Source: Waterburya sp. (lineage in GTDB: Bacteria; Cyanobacteriota; Cyanobacteriia; Cyanobacteriales; Xenococcaceae). From it: a stretch of DNA of 64,000 nucleotides. The stretch covers positions 2,496,001-2,560,000 of the forward strand of contig CBDCJV010000002.1 in assembly GCA_965217895.1 (NCBI GenBank), in the 5' to 3' direction. The notes under the pieces were generated by a model. That model saw only the letters and a list, made by a program, of their open reading frames with translations. It had not been told where the DNA came from and ran no database searches. The translations under genes were made by a program, and so were the position numbers. Positions 1-11,069 of this stretch are shown here, in pieces. The first letter of the stretch is position 1; each line of letters starts with the position of its first letter.

Positions 1-725
1 AACGGTAGCTGATACTGTTGTGAATCTGGTACTGGTTCTTGCCCTATCCCTCCTGTACCGACTTGAAAGTTTTGATTAGAAATTGCATCAACCACATCGC
101 TTGAAGTTAATCCTCTAGCAGCCAATTTATCAGGATCGAGCCAAATTCGCATTGAATAGGTAGCCGAACCAACTAAGCGGAGACTTCCTACTCCTTCAAT
201 TCGCTTGAGTTCATTCCATAAATAGCGATCGGCGTAATTATAAAGAAATACGGGGTCATAATAATATTCCCCCGCTTCATTTTTTTCGGAGTACAAAGCA
301 TAAACCAGAGTAATACTGGGGGATTGTTTCTCAGTAGTTACTCCCGTAGAAGTTACGGTTTGCGGTAGGTTAGGCTGTGCCTGAGCAACTCGGTTTTGCA
401 CCAACACTTGAGAGATATTGGCATCTTTCATAATCGGAAAAGACACATTGATAGTTGCGTTACCGTTATTGTCGGTATTGGAGTCAATCCACTTTACGTC
501 CTCGGTACCGTTAATTTCTCGCTCCAATACGGTAGTTACATTATCTACGGTAGTTTTAGCATCCGCACCTACGTAGTTAGCACTTACCGTAATTTGCTTT
601 GGTGCAATCTGAGGGAGTTTATCTAAGGGCAATAATGCTAGACAAATAGCTCCCAATAGCACAATTACAATCGAACAAACGGTAGTTAATACAGGTCTTT
701 TAATAAATGGGGTTGAGATAGACAT
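1..725 (-). CDS. RND efflux permease (AcrB/HAE1 family), N-terminal part, runs off the window
   Basis: Manual translation from ATG at 725: MSISTPFIKRPVLTTVCSIVIVLLG...YSMRIWLDPDKLAARGLT, a typical AcrB-family N-terminus; directly downstream of a membrane fusion protein gene. Confidence 0.93.
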   Translation of the reverse strand, partial: MSISTPFIKRPVLTTVCSIVIVLLGAICLALLPLDKLPQIAPKQITVSANYVGADAKTTVDNVTTVLEREINGTEDVKWIDSNTDNNGNATINVSFPIMKDANISQVLVQNRVAQAQPNLPQTVTSTGVTTEKQSPSITLVYALYSEKNEAGEYYYDPVFLYNYADRYLWNELKRIEGVGSLRLVGSATYSMRIWLDPDKLAARGLTSSDVVDAISNQNFQVGTGGIGQEPVPDSQQYQLP

Positions 726-809
726 TTTTTAGAAGAAGATAGTATTTATGTATTAAATAGCGAGTTAGGAACAAGTGATTGTTTATTTGTTGTAACTTAC
801 CTACTTTGT

Positions 810-2297
810 CTACTGGTTTGCTTTTGTCCCCGCCTCAGAAACGGCTTGATTTTTATTTGCTTTATTTTGTTCGGCAGTCTGGATAGACGTGCCGTCTTTG
901 AGACTAAGAATATTAGAAACCGCAACCCTGTCTCCTGGTTTGAGACCAGAGACAACCTGATAACTTTGATTTTGGATACTGCCTAACTTAACTGGTTGCT
1001 GCTGGGCAATCAAAGATGTGCTTGAAGACTTGGTATTATTTTGAGACTTAGCATTATCTTTCGGTTGAGAATTGTCCTTTTTGGCTGAAGATTGAGGATT
1101 ATTTTTTGGTTGAGAATTATCCTTTTTGGCGACATAAACAAAATCTTGTCCTCCCAAGGTCGATATAGCGGTAGTGGGGATTAATACTCCTGGCTTTTTA
1201 TCCCAAATAACTTTAACTCGCACATATTGTCGATCTCTAAGACTTGCTTGATTGGTAAAAGTAACTTTAGTCAGTACAGATTGAGTGTTTTGTTGAACTA
1301 AGGGTGCAATATAGGTGATTTTTCCTTCGACTCCTGGGCTACCATCTTTGTTGATGGCTTGTACTAGTAGTCCTAGCTTGAGGCGATCGCGATATTCCAC
1401 GGGGATCTGAATATTGAGGTCGAATAATTTATTATTAGTGATGGTGGTCAACTCTTCTCCAGCACTAACATAATCACCAACTTTCGTAGTATCAAAACTA
1501 CCGACAACACCATCTATAGGTGCAGTTATCTGGTGATAAGCCAAATTTTGTTTTGTAGAGCCTAGTTGTGCTTCTGCCTGTTTGATAGCTGCCATTTGCC
1601 CATCCACATTGGCTCTAGCTTGATCTACCTGTTTTTCCGCTGCCCGCAGGGATTCGATTTTGGCATTAAGAGTTTCTTGCTGAGAATTACGTTGAGCAAT
1701 ACTAGTTTTAAGAGTACGATTTTGGTTGTCCAAATTCTGTTGGGGCAATGCACCGCCCTTGACTAGAGTTCTGGTTCGCTTAATATTAATTTTTGCTAGT
1801 TCTACTTGTGCCTGTGAGTCCTCAACATCAGATCTAGCAGCCTTTACGTCGGCAGCAGCAGCAGCGCGGTTAGCTTCGGCTGTACTCAATGCAGCTTGAG
1901 CTTGACCTAAGGAAGCTCTTTGAACATTAACGTTTTGAGCAGCTGCATTAACATTTTCCTGTTGTTGAGTTGGTTCAAGCTCAACAATAGGCTTCCCCAG
2001 ACTAACGGTATCGCCTTGGCGAGCATATATTTTTAGGATTCTGCCCTGGGTACGAGGTGCTAGACTAACGCGAGTTCTAGCCTCTAAAGAGCCAACATAT
2101 TGGCTACTATCAATTATGGTCGCTGATTTTATAGTTTTTAATTTAACGGCGATCGCTGGCGGTTTACTACTGGCTTGTTTTTTTTTGTCACCACCGCAGC
2201 CACCAAGACCAATTGATAGTAAAGTAACAGCTACAGCATAGCTAGCTGCACGTATTAAAGAAGCAGATATAAATTGAGGCTTTTTTAGACAAATCAT
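810..2297 (-). CDS. RND efflux periplasmic adaptor (membrane fusion protein), probable lipoprotein
   Basis: Signal peptide ending LGGCG, lipoyl half-motifs (GRILKIYARQGDTV; ITAPIDGVVG), long coiled coil, adjacent to RND permease. Confidence 0.92.
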   Translation of the reverse strand: MICLKKPQFISASLIRAASYAVAVTLLSIGLGGCGGDKKKQASSKPPAIAVKLKTIKSATIIDSSQYVGSLEARTRVSLAPRTQGRILKIYARQGDTVSLGKPIVELEPTQQQENVNAAAQNVNVQRASLGQAQAALSTAEANRAAAAADVKAARSDVEDSQAQVELAKINIKRTRTLVKGGALPQQNLDNQNRTLKTSIAQRNSQQETLNAKIESLRAAEKQVDQARANVDGQMAAIKQAEAQLGSTKQNLAYHQITAPIDGVVGSFDTTKVGDYVSAGEELTTITNNKLFDLNIQIPVEYRDRLKLGLLVQAINKDGSPGVEGKITYIAPLVQQNTQSVLTKVTFTNQASLRDRQYVRVKVIWDKKPGVLIPTTAISTLGGQDFVYVAKKDNSQPKNNPQSSAKKDNSQPKDNAKSQNNTKSSSTSLIAQQQPVKLGSIQNQSYQVVSGLKPGDRVAVSNILSLKDGTSIQTAEQNKANKNQAVSEAGTKANQ

Positions 2298-2554
2298 TTA
2301 TTTTAGTTATTAGTTCCGATTTAGCAGTGTCCGAACTAGAAATAGAATTAAAATCCAAATTTATGTTATGGTTATTAATCAAAATATAGGTTTTGATTAA
2401 TACTTTGCCTTGTATGGGATTGCCGGAGTTTCAGTTGAACATTTTGGTAGTGATTATGAGTATTTATCTTTAATTTTAGAAAGTAAAAAGAAGAGCTACT
2501 GTATCAACTATGGATTTGTCCGCAAGTAGCGATCGATGATTTCGCAACTCAGGA

Positions 2555-3112
2555 TCAAATTTGACAACTCATCAATCGTGCTAAAAAGTAATTAGTCATT
2601 TTAGATCCATAGGGAGAATTCCACCAAAGACCAGGAAGTCCTCCTTTTGCTGCATCCTGAGAATAGTTAAGATCGCTGCATTTAATCCAATTTCCATTTT
2701 CTCGCCATCCCAAGCGATCGCCCCACTTCTCTAATACTTGATTATTTTGTTCGATAGTAGTTTGCTCGCTACCGCCTGAGTCTTGATATATCTGTACCTG
2801 AACACTAAAACCAAAACGATTATCGCTGTAATTAAGCCATAAACGATCTATTACCTGTAATTCGCTACAGTCAATCTGTTTTATTTCATCAGGACGTAAA
2901 TTTTCTATTTCTGTTTGACCAGCAATTGCTAAAATTAGCTGCACTGTCTCTTTGTCTGCTTCTAACCATTTTCCTTCTTTTAAAAGATTTTGCAGAGTTT
3001 CGTAACGGTAGATATTGCTAACCCGCAGCAGTTTTTCTTCTAGACTATTTATTCTTTCCTTGAGTTGTTCGACTTCAGTATTTGAAGAAGATTGAGTATC
3101 TGTTTGGGACAT
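2555..3112 (-). CDS. GUN4-domain protein
   Basis: YETLQNLLKEGKWLEADKET, IDRLWLNYSDNRFGFSVQ and GDRLGWR are GUN4-domain motifs. Confidence 0.88.
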   Translation of the reverse strand: MSQTDTQSSSNTEVEQLKERINSLEEKLLRVSNIYRYETLQNLLKEGKWLEADKETVQLILAIAGQTEIENLRPDEIKQIDCSELQVIDRLWLNYSDNRFGFSVQVQIYQDSGGSEQTTIEQNNQVLEKWGDRLGWRENGNWIKCSDLNYSQDAAKGGLPGLWWNSPYGSKMTNYFLARLMSCQI

Positions 3113-3251
3113 AAAGAGAACCTAGCTGACCTAAATTTATCTTATCGAAATAATAGATAATAATCACGCTATCAAAACTAAATAGGGTTTGACTTCTCAA
3201 ATGTTGCCAAAAATCGTCTAATCTTGTCCTGAAATAAAAAAATAGTAATTT

Positions 3252-3279
3252 GTAAGGGCGATTCGCGAATCGCCCTTAC
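3252..3279. repeat. Perfect 28-bp REP-like palindrome GTAAGGGCGATTCGCGAATCGCCCTTAC
   Basis: Self-complementary by inspection; a related imperfect copy is at 38922-38949. Confidence 0.8.
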
Positions 3280-3294
3280 GAGATATCTGTAGTT

Positions 3295-3455
3295 AAGTAA
3301 CCTACGCCAACAGGATTTAGTCTGAAACGAAATTAAGATCGTCATGATTTCACTCAGCCTTAATTTTTTTTGGCGATCGCGACGGCATTTTACGCTTGAC
3401 ACCAATTGTCTGTGCCAAGCAGGTTCAAATTCGAGACAAAAATCATCCTACTCTT
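3295..3455 (-). pseudogene. IS982-family transposase N-terminal fragment
   Basis: Translation DDFCLEFEPAWHRQLVSSVKCRRDRQKKLRLSEIMTILISFQ resembles IS982 transposase N-termini (DDF...LSEIMTI); the rest is absent. Confidence 0.7.
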
Positions 3456-3687
3456 TTTCTTATTATTTGTTCTCCCTCCCAGAATTGGGGGGTTGGGGGG
3501 CGAAAATCAGTAAAAATTCAGCCTGAATAACTTTTCAGATATCCTCTAAAGGATTAGCTTCGCGTCCTTCCCATCTGATTGACTACTAACTACTAACTAC
3601 GAACTTTTTTATTTTGTCCAAAGTCCAAGCTATTTAAAAGCTTTTGTTAAATATGTAACAGGAAGAACAAAACCTCAAAGGTTATGA

Positions 3688-4995
3688 TTGCTTAATATCC
3701 GCCAGTATAGCTATTTAATGCCAAAACTAAGCAAATCCCTGAGGCAAGCCAAATTTAACGCTAATAAATTTGAACTAAGTAATGGATTAACTATCATCCA
3801 TCAGCATTTGCCTGCTACTCCTGTAGTCGTTGCAGATGTCTGGATAAAGGCAGGAGCGATCGCCGAGCCTGGAGAATGGTCGGGAATGGCACATTTTTTA
3901 GAACACATGATTTTTAAGGGTTCTCCCAACGTGATGGTGGGAGAATTTGACTCGTTGATTGAGAATACGGGAGGTGTAGCTAATGCAGCCACTAGCTATG
4001 ATTATGCTCATTTTTATTTGACCACCGCAGCACCACATCTAGAGCAGACCTTACCCTGTTTGGCGGACATTTTATTAAGGGCGACTATTGCTGAGGATGA
4101 ATTTATTCGGGAGCGAGAAGTAGTTTTAGAAGAGATATATTCTAGCAACGATAATCCCGATTTTGTTGGGTTTCAGGCTTTGTGTCAAAATATTTATCAG
4201 CATCATCCATACCGACGCTCAATTTTGGGAGACAAGGAACTATTGTTAAAACATACGCCTAATCAAATGCGGTGTTTTCATCACACCCATTACCAGCCAG
4301 AAAACATGAGCGTAGTGGTTGTGGGTGGTATTGAACAGGAAAAAGCCTTGACTTTGATCGAGCGAAATTTTAGCGACTTTAGCGTACGTTCAGAATGTCC
4401 GCCTACAGCGATCGCAGCAGAACCACCGACGTTGGATATTCGTCGCCAAGAATTGTATTTGCCCAGAATCGAACAGGCACGCTTATTGATGGCTTGGATT
4501 TGTCCTGGTGCAGAGTCTTTAGAAGAGGCGATCGCTTTGGATTTAATTGCTCTAATTTTTGCTGGAGGACGCAGTTCGGGTTTAGTTAGAGAACTAAGAG
4601 AAGAAAGACAGTTGGTGATGGATATTGACTGTAATCTGTCTTTGCAAAAAGACTCAAGTATGTTTTCAATTAGTGCTTGGTTGGCAGTAGAACACTTAGA
4701 GATGGTCGAAAACATTATCCGCGATCGCCTGCAAAAACTACATCACGAGCTTATCCCTACAGCAGAAATTAACCGCGCCAAACGGCAGTTAATCAATGAT
4801 TATATCTTTTCTAGTGAAACCCCTAGCCAGCTAGCTAGCATCTACGGATTCTATAATATTGTCGCTACAGCTTCTGATTCAGCACTATACCCCCAGATTA
4901 TCAATCAACAACAGCCAGAGCAGCTACGACAAATCCTGAGCCGATATTTATCTCCCGAACGCTATGCTGTGACGATCTTGAAGCCAATTGTTTAG
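3688..4995 (+). CDS. M16 family zinc peptidase (pitrilysin-like); true start may be ATG 3718
   Basis: GMAHFLEHMIFKGS inverted zinc motif HxxEH; NAATSYDY; EREVVLEEI. Confidence 0.93.
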   Translation: MLNIRQYSYLMPKLSKSLRQAKFNANKFELSNGLTIIHQHLPATPVVVADVWIKAGAIAEPGEWSGMAHFLEHMIFKGSPNVMVGEFDSLIENTGGVANAATSYDYAHFYLTTAAPHLEQTLPCLADILLRATIAEDEFIREREVVLEEIYSSNDNPDFVGFQALCQNIYQHHPYRRSILGDKELLLKHTPNQMRCFHHTHYQPENMSVVVVGGIEQEKALTLIERNFSDFSVRSECPPTAIAAEPPTLDIRRQELYLPRIEQARLLMAWICPGAESLEEAIALDLIALIFAGGRSSGLVRELREERQLVMDIDCNLSLQKDSSMFSISAWLAVEHLEMVENIIRDRLQKLHHELIPTAEINRAKRQLINDYIFSSETPSQLASIYGFYNIVATASDSALYPQIINQQQPEQLRQILSRYLSPERYAVTILKPIV

Positions 4996-5009
4996 TAATC
5001 AGTAACGTT

Positions 5010-6353
5010 CTAAATCGAACCTGGAGATGCACTCAAGCTTGGCAAAAAACTAACTATTGGCGGAAAAATAATAATAAGTGTCAAAACCAGAAGCTGCAAC
5101 AAAATAAAAGGAATTGCTCCGCGATAAATTTCTACGGTTTTAAGCTCTGGTGGTGCTACCCCTCTCAAATAAAACAAAGCAAAACCAAAGGGAGGAGTTA
5201 GAAAAGAAGTCTGCAAATTTGCCCCAATAATTACTCCATACCAAACCAGATCTAATCCTAGCTGTTGGGCAACGGGAGCAAATATGGGAATCACAATAAA
5301 GGCAATTTCAAAAAAGTCAATAAAGAAGCCCAGGAAAAAAATCACCAGCATATTAACCAGTAAAAAACCAAACGTTCCCCCAGGAATATTAATCAGGAGA
5401 TCTGCCATAAACCTATCTCCCCCTAAGCCACGAAATACTAAACTAAAGGCAGTTGAACCGAGCAGAATAAGCATTACCATAGTGGTAATTTTCATAGTTG
5501 CATCACAGACTTCTCTTAAGGCTGCCCAGTTTAACTGACGATTAATCGCCGCTAAAATTATTGCCCCCACTGAACCTAATGCACCAGCTTCCGTTGGGGT
5601 GGCGATACCTAAGAAAATACTGCCTAACACCACTAGAATTAGCAACAAAGGAGGAAACATTACCGTTACCACTCTGATCAAAAGTTCTCTACCCCCAATT
5701 CTGACGCTAGCGGGCAAAGCGGGTGCAACTTCAGGCTTAAGATAAGCAACAATTAAAACGTGCAGAGCAAATGCACCCGCCATCATTAATCCAGGAATTA
5801 ATGAACCAAGGAATAGATCGCCGACGGGAACACCCAACTGATCTCCTAAAACAACCAGCACTACACTAGGAGGAATAATTTGTCCGAGAGTACCAGAAGC
5901 CACAATTACTCCTGCTGCCAACTCTTTGCTGTAGCCATAGCGCAGCATAATTGGTAGAGATATTAAGCCCATCGCCACCACCGTAGCTGCCACAACTCCC
6001 GTAGAAGCTCCCAGTAATGCACCGACAATTACCACCGCCAAAGCCAAACCACCCCGCACTCTGCCGAAGAGAATGCCCATGGTTTCTAACAGCTTTTCGG
6101 CAATGCCTGTTTTTTCGAGCATCGAACCAAGAAAAATAAAGTAAGGAATAGCCAGAAGAGTATAATTAGCCATGATGCCAAAAATACGGCTAGGCATAGC
6201 GTTAAAGAAACTAAAGCTAAATTCTCCTACTGCTGTACCAATCAAGGCAAATAAAAGAGCCACTCCTCCCAAGGAAAATGCCACAGGAAAGCCGATGGAC
6301 AGTAAGATTAATGCTCCTGCAAACATTGTTATACTTAACCAGTCGTAATTCAT
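5010..6353 (-). CDS. TRAP transporter large permease (DctM)
   Basis: Highly hydrophobic; GTLGQIIPPS, GIATPTEAGA and SFLTPPFGFALFYL motifs. Confidence 0.93.
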   Translation of the reverse strand: MNYDWLSITMFAGALILLSIGFPVAFSLGGVALLFALIGTAVGEFSFSFFNAMPSRIFGIMANYTLLAIPYFIFLGSMLEKTGIAEKLLETMGILFGRVRGGLALAVVIVGALLGASTGVVAATVVAMGLISLPIMLRYGYSKELAAGVIVASGTLGQIIPPSVVLVVLGDQLGVPVGDLFLGSLIPGLMMAGAFALHVLIVAYLKPEVAPALPASVRIGGRELLIRVVTVMFPPLLLILVVLGSIFLGIATPTEAGALGSVGAIILAAINRQLNWAALREVCDATMKITTMVMLILLGSTAFSLVFRGLGGDRFMADLLINIPGGTFGFLLVNMLVIFFLGFFIDFFEIAFIVIPIFAPVAQQLGLDLVWYGVIIGANLQTSFLTPPFGFALFYLRGVAPPELKTVEIYRGAIPFILLQLLVLTLIIIFPPIVSFLPSLSASPGSI

Positions 6354-6892
6354 TGATTATCCTCCTGACTGGGATTGGTTTGTTGATAGATATTCCAGTT
6401 TTTTATCGCTTCGGAAATTCCTTGTAAGATTAATAAAATAAAAGCAATAATAATCGCTGATTTAATTGGATAACGGGGTAATCCGCCAGGATCGGGAGAC
6501 ATTTCGCCTATGCTCCAAGAACTGACCACTGTTCCCCAAGAATAATAAATTATTAAAAAACTGAAGGGAATTAGAAATAAAATATTACCCAAAAAGTTGG
6601 CAAGAGCCTGGCGACGGCGACTCCAGCCTTTATAAAAAATATCGACTCGCACGTGTTCATTATATTTGAGGGCATATGCAGCCCCTAACAGAAATACCAG
6701 ATCGAAAAGATACCACTGTATTTCAATTAGAGCATTAGAAGTAAGATTAATACCGATAATGCGTCCTATGTACCTACCAATAACGTTCCACGCGCCTACT
6801 GCAACCATTAGCAATACGAGCCAGTAGGTGATGCGTCCAATCCATTCATTAATTAGATCGATTACATCGGCTATTTGTAATAGCTTTCTCAA
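6350..6892 (-). CDS. TRAP transporter small permease (DctQ)
   Basis: 4 TM segments, HVRVDIFY motif, 4-nt overlap with dctM. Confidence 0.9.
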   Translation of the reverse strand: MRKLLQIADVIDLINEWIGRITYWLVLLMVAVGAWNVIGRYIGRIIGINLTSNALIEIQWYLFDLVFLLGAAYALKYNEHVRVDIFYKGWSRRRQALANFLGNILFLIPFSFLIIYYSWGTVVSSWSIGEMSPDPGGLPRYPIKSAIIIAFILLILQGISEAIKNWNIYQQTNPSQEDNQ

Positions 6893-7166
6893 ACTCTTTC
6901 CTCTACACAGTTTTTTGCTTAGTAGCTAATGCTAAGGGCTTTAGAGCATGAAGTCTAGATGTATTTGATTAATCGTTATGTTTCACCAACGTATTTTGCT
7001 TAACTGACCAATTAAAAACAGTTCTGGATAACCATGAATTAGCCAGACACAAAGATACAGAATAAGCTGAAATTCTGGTTGTTTCGTCAGTTGAAATAAC
7101 AATTCTTGGGTAAAATAATCCTCGAAATCGTCTTAACCTGAACCGATATTAAGCTGAAATATTTAC

Positions 7167-7468
7167 CAACTCCGAAGGAGTTGAAGTAGCAAGTAGAAGC
7201 CGCGTGGAGCGGCTCGCCTGCACAAAGTGCAGTCGGCGAACTCCAGTTCGCGCAGATAGCAATTAAGAAAAACTCCGAAGTTGGATATGCAGCCTCCTCA
7301 TTCATGAGGAAAAGGTGAAAAAATAATTCAATTCTTGAATACATGCGGGCAAGCCCTTTGTCTGACTTCAGGCAGAGGTTGAACTTGCAGACGCGCTTCG
7401 CGTCTGGCCGTTGCGGAGCAACGTCGGCAGCCTCCAGGCTGCGCTACTTGCTATCTGCTACTTGTGAA
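7167..7468. mobile_element. 302-bp non-autonomous palindrome-rich element inserted in the last codons of lysC
   Basis: Shares both termini (TTCACAAGTAGC... and ...AACTCC-NNN-GGAGTTG) with 51551-51800; removing it restores lysC ...GGEER-VNISA-stop (TAA at 7149-7151). Confidence 0.8.
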
Positions 7469-9262
7469 CCGTTCTTCTCCTCCTAAACCAAAAGCCTCGT
7501 GAACTGCATTTAAAGCTTTGATTCCTTCAGATTCGGCAATCACACAGCTAATTTTAATCTCAGAGGTAGTAATCATTTGAATATTGATTTTTTCATGAGC
7601 TAAAGCAGCAAAAAATTTAGCTGCTACCCCTGGATGCCCGATCATTCCTGCACCAACTACGCTTAATTTGGCGATCGCTGTATCCCCTGTAACGGTGCCA
7701 CAGCCAATTTGTTGATTTAGTTCGCTAATTAGCTTACAGGCTTGCTCTGCATCTGCTTGCTCGACGGTAAAAGCAATGTCGCGAGTCGGCACATCATTTA
7801 CAATATGACAACGCTGAGATTGAATAATAGCGTCAACGCTAATATTCTTTTTCGCCAGGAGGGAAAATATTTGCGCTGCCATCCCTGGAGTGTCTGGGAC
7901 GTGGCGGATGCCAATTTGAGCCTGTTTGGTGTCTAGAGCCACTCCCCTTACGGGGGGATGTTTTCCTGGATACTTATTAACAGCTATTTCTTTTTGAGAG
8001 CTTAGATCGATGTCAAAAGCCTGAGAAAGCAAGTGTAAAGCGCGATCGCATTCTGATTCATCAATGACGCAGCTAACTTTAACTTCAGAAGTGGAAATCA
8101 TCTGAATATTAATCTTGGCATCAGCTAGAGTCTTAAACATCTTCGCCGCAATACCAGGACGACCAATCATCCCCGCACCAGAAATAGCAACTTTAGCAAT
8201 TTTGCGGTCAACCATCACTTCCGCTTCTGTAGTGGCAGCGGGATGAGTACGCAAAGAAGGAGCGATCGCTTCTGCTACTGCTTCTGCCTGTTGCAGTACT
8301 CGATTAACGACGGTAAAGGCAATGTCGTTACTGTTCCCCTCATGAATTGACTGAATAATTAAATCTACGTCAATATTACGCTGGGATATTTCCCCAAACA
8401 GACTAGCTGCCACACCAGGAAAATCTGGTACTCTTAATAAGGCAATTTTTGCCTGATCTCGGTCTACTTCTACACCGTCAACCGCCTTGGCAATTTCCAT
8501 TCCCTGTAAAGAACGAGGTTGAGGTAAACGGGATACTACTTTTGTTCCAGGGCGATCGCTCCAGCTAGATAAAACTATTAGAGGCATTCCATAATTACGA
8601 GCAATTTCCACGGCGCGGGGATGTAATACTTTTGCTCCTAAACTAGCTAACTCTAACATCTCATCAGCAGTAATTTCTGACATCAGTTGTGCAGAGGGAA
8701 CAAGCCGAGGATCGGTAGTCAAAATTCCAGGTACGTCGGTATATATTTCGCAACGATCTGCTTTGAGTGAAGCTGCTAAAGCCACGGCTGAAGTATCTGA
8801 GCCACCTCTACCTAAAGTCGTAATTTCAAAATCTTTGATGCTGCTAACTCCCTGAAAACCCGCAACTACAACCACTTCTCCTTTATCAAGGTGTCTCTGT
8901 AGGCGATCTGTAGATACCTGCAAAATTCTGGCACGATTATGTTCAGCTTCGGTGACAATTCCTACCTGCGCTCCTGTCAAGGAAATAGCTGGCTGTCCCA
9001 ATTCCTGTAACGCCATACTCAAAAGAGCAATAGTAACCTGTTCTCCTGTAGATAAGAGCATATCCATTTCCCGACGGGAAGGATTATTTGATACACCCTT
9101 AGCAAGCTTGACCAAAGTATCTGTGGTTTTTCCCATCGCCGAAACCACAACTACTAAGCTGTTTCCTTGCTTTACGGTTTTTTGCACCCTATTGGCAACA
9201 GCTTGGATGCGCTCTATTGAACCAACAGATGTTCCGCCGTATTTCTGAACAACTAAAGCCAT
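7451..9262 (-). CDS. lysC: Aspartate kinase (cyanobacterial type with 4 ACT domains)
   Basis: [31 protein letters not shown], repeated ACT domains ([28 protein letters not shown]). Confidence 0.97.
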   Translation of the reverse strand: MALVVQKYGGTSVGSIERIQAVANRVQKTVKQGNSLVVVVSAMGKTTDTLVKLAKGVSNNPSRREMDMLLSTGEQVTIALLSMALQELGQPAISLTGAQVGIVTEAEHNRARILQVSTDRLQRHLDKGEVVVVAGFQGVSSIKDFEITTLGRGGSDTSAVALAASLKADRCEIYTDVPGILTTDPRLVPSAQLMSEITADEMLELASLGAKVLHPRAVEIARNYGMPLIVLSSWSDRPGTKVVSRLPQPRSLQGMEIAKAVDGVEVDRDQAKIALLRVPDFPGVAASLFGEISQRNIDVDLIIQSIHEGNSNDIAFTVVNRVLQQAEAVAEAIAPSLRTHPAATTEAEVMVDRKIAKVAISGAGMIGRPGIAAKMFKTLADAKINIQMISTSEVKVSCVIDESECDRALHLLSQAFDIDLSSQKEIAVNKYPGKHPPVRGVALDTKQAQIGIRHVPDTPGMAAQIFSLLAKKNISVDAIIQSQRCHIVNDVPTRDIAFTVEQADAEQACKLISELNQQIGCGTVTGDTAIAKLSVVGAGMIGHPGVAAKFFAALAHEKINIQMITTSEIKISCVIAESEGIKALNAVHEAFGLGGEERFTSSR

Positions 9263-9384
9263 AATCTTTTCTTTCTATCCCACAGGAAGCATCGCTTATA
9301 TTATCAGTTATTTGTCATAAGTTACCATGTATTAATCAGAATTGGGTGTTTGAGCAATAGCGATCGCATCACCTAAAATCTACT

Positions 9385-9538
9385 TAACTGATGTTACGCA
9401 TTTATCGATCTGTGAAGACTGGGTAGTGGGGTAATTGGGGTAGTGGGGTGTTTGGGGTAGTTTGGCTTCACTATCTCCACCACTCCTCTATACTGCTTAC
9501 TCACTACTCCATGACTGCATGCTGCGTAACATCAGTTA
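9385..9538. mobile_element. MITE with perfect 16-bp terminal inverted repeats TAACTGATGTTACGCA / TGCGTAACATCAGTTA
   Basis: TIRs at 9385-9400 and 9523-9538, internal GGGGTAGT-type short repeats; related copy at 46383-46722. Confidence 0.8.
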
Positions 9539-10897
9539 CTTAACTTTAGTGGCTTTATTCGCGCCTCTTTCCAATTCACGCATCTTTTTACCACGCCAAA
9601 TAAGTCTGACTGGCGTACCCGTAAAGCCTAGCTGATCGCGAAATTGGCGATCGATATAACGACGATAGTTATCGTTAAAACGCTTAGGCTCGTTGACAAA
9701 TAGAGCAATTGTGGGCGGTTGTGCGCTTACCTGTGTGCCGTAATAGATTCTGCCCTGTTTTCCCTGACGAGTAGTTGGGGGCGAGTGCCAGCTAACGGCT
9801 TCTTCTAAGACTTCGTTAATTACAGAGGTGCTAACGCGACGACGATGTGCCTCGGCTGCCGTATCTACTAGATCGAGTATTTTATTGACTCGTTGACCAG
9901 TCATGGCACTAACAAAAATTGTTTGCGCCCACTCCATAAAGTAGAGACGAGCCATTATTTCTTTTTTATATTCGTTGATTGTGCCAGTGTCTTTTTCAAC
10001 CGCATCCCATTTATTGATGACTAAGATAACTGCTCTACCTTCATCAATAATGCGTCCTGCCAATTTGAGATCTTGTTCGGTAACGCCATCGAGAACATCA
10101 ATTACGAATAGCACCACATCTGAGCGACGAATAGCTTTAAAAGCACGGTTAATGCCAAAGAATTCTGCACCATAGTCAACGTTCTTTTTGCGTCTAATAC
10201 CTGCCGTATCAATCAAACGATAGGTTTGTTCTCCCCGTTGGACAATCATATCGATCGCATCACGAGTTGTGCCAGACACAGGACTAACAATCGAGCGTTG
10301 TTCTCCTGTTAAAGCATTTAGCAAACTTGATTTACCCACATTCGGGCGACCAATTATAGCTACTTTGATCTCGTTATCTTCTATTAATTCATCTGGTGGA
10401 GGTAAATGAGTCACCAGTTCATCTAATAATTCTCCTGTCCCGCTACCGTGTATGGCGGAGATGGCATAAGGTTCACCCAAGCCTAATTCCCAGAACTCGG
10501 CAGCTTGAGCCAAACCCTGCTCAACCGACTCACATTTATTAACCGCCAATAAAACGGGAACAGATTGACGACGTAACCATTCAGCAATTTCGCGATCGCC
10601 AGCCGTTAAGCCCAATTGACCATCGACGACAAAAATTGCAGCAGAAGCATCTACCAAGGCAGCCATAGCCTGCTGGCGAATCATGGGTAAAAATTCAGTA
10701 TCATCATCAAAGACAAGTCCGCCTGTATCGACAATTTGGAAGTCTCGGTCTAGCCAAAATGCGGGACGGTAAGTGCGATCGCGGGTGATGCCTGGTTCAT
10801 CATGAACGATCGCCTGTTGATCTCCAGCCAAACGATTAACGAAGGTAGATTTCCCAACGTTGGGTCTACCAATAACAGCTACAATAGGTAATTTCAT
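9536..10897 (-). CDS. der: Ribosome biogenesis GTPase Der (EngA)
   Basis: Two tandem G domains (GRPNVGKS twice, DTGG/DTAG, NKCE/NKWD) and a KH-like C-terminus. Confidence 0.98.
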   Translation of the reverse strand: MKLPIVAVIGRPNVGKSTFVNRLAGDQQAIVHDEPGITRDRTYRPAFWLDRDFQIVDTGGLVFDDDTEFLPMIRQQAMAALVDASAAIFVVDGQLGLTAGDREIAEWLRRQSVPVLLAVNKCESVEQGLAQAAEFWELGLGEPYAISAIHGSGTGELLDELVTHLPPPDELIEDNEIKVAIIGRPNVGKSSLLNALTGEQRSIVSPVSGTTRDAIDMIVQRGEQTYRLIDTAGIRRKKNVDYGAEFFGINRAFKAIRRSDVVLFVIDVLDGVTEQDLKLAGRIIDEGRAVILVINKWDAVEKDTGTINEYKKEIMARLYFMEWAQTIFVSAMTGQRVNKILDLVDTAAEAHRRRVSTSVINEVLEEAVSWHSPPTTRQGKQGRIYYGTQVSAQPPTIALFVNEPKRFNDNYRRYIDRQFRDQLGFTGTPVRLIWRGKKMRELERGANKATKVK

Positions 10898-11069
10898 ATT
10901 CTGTTGAGACGCTACACATTACGCCTGTAAATTTAATTGAGAATGAAGCGATTATTTTGCTTTTACACAAGTTAATACCAATTTAATCATAGTTCATTTA
11001 GGCTTTGGCCAAATGTGTAATTCTTAATAATGATTTTGTTAATTTACTTCCAAGTAAACAATGTATTTT

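Noticed and set aside
396..626. 76-aa plus-strand ORF and the many other short ORFs antisense to or inside long genes
   Set aside because: They overlap well-supported genes on the other strand or frame and show no recognisable motifs
1060..1130. Duplicated KKDNSQPK peptide in the adaptor protein
   Set aside because: Low-complexity linker duplication with no sign of wider significance
5010..6892. TRAP transporter lacking its DctP solute-binding gene
   Set aside because: The binding protein is often encoded elsewhere; not unusual
7087..7344. 85-aa ORF downstream of lysC
   Set aside because: Largely made of the inserted repeat element; unlikely to be a real gene
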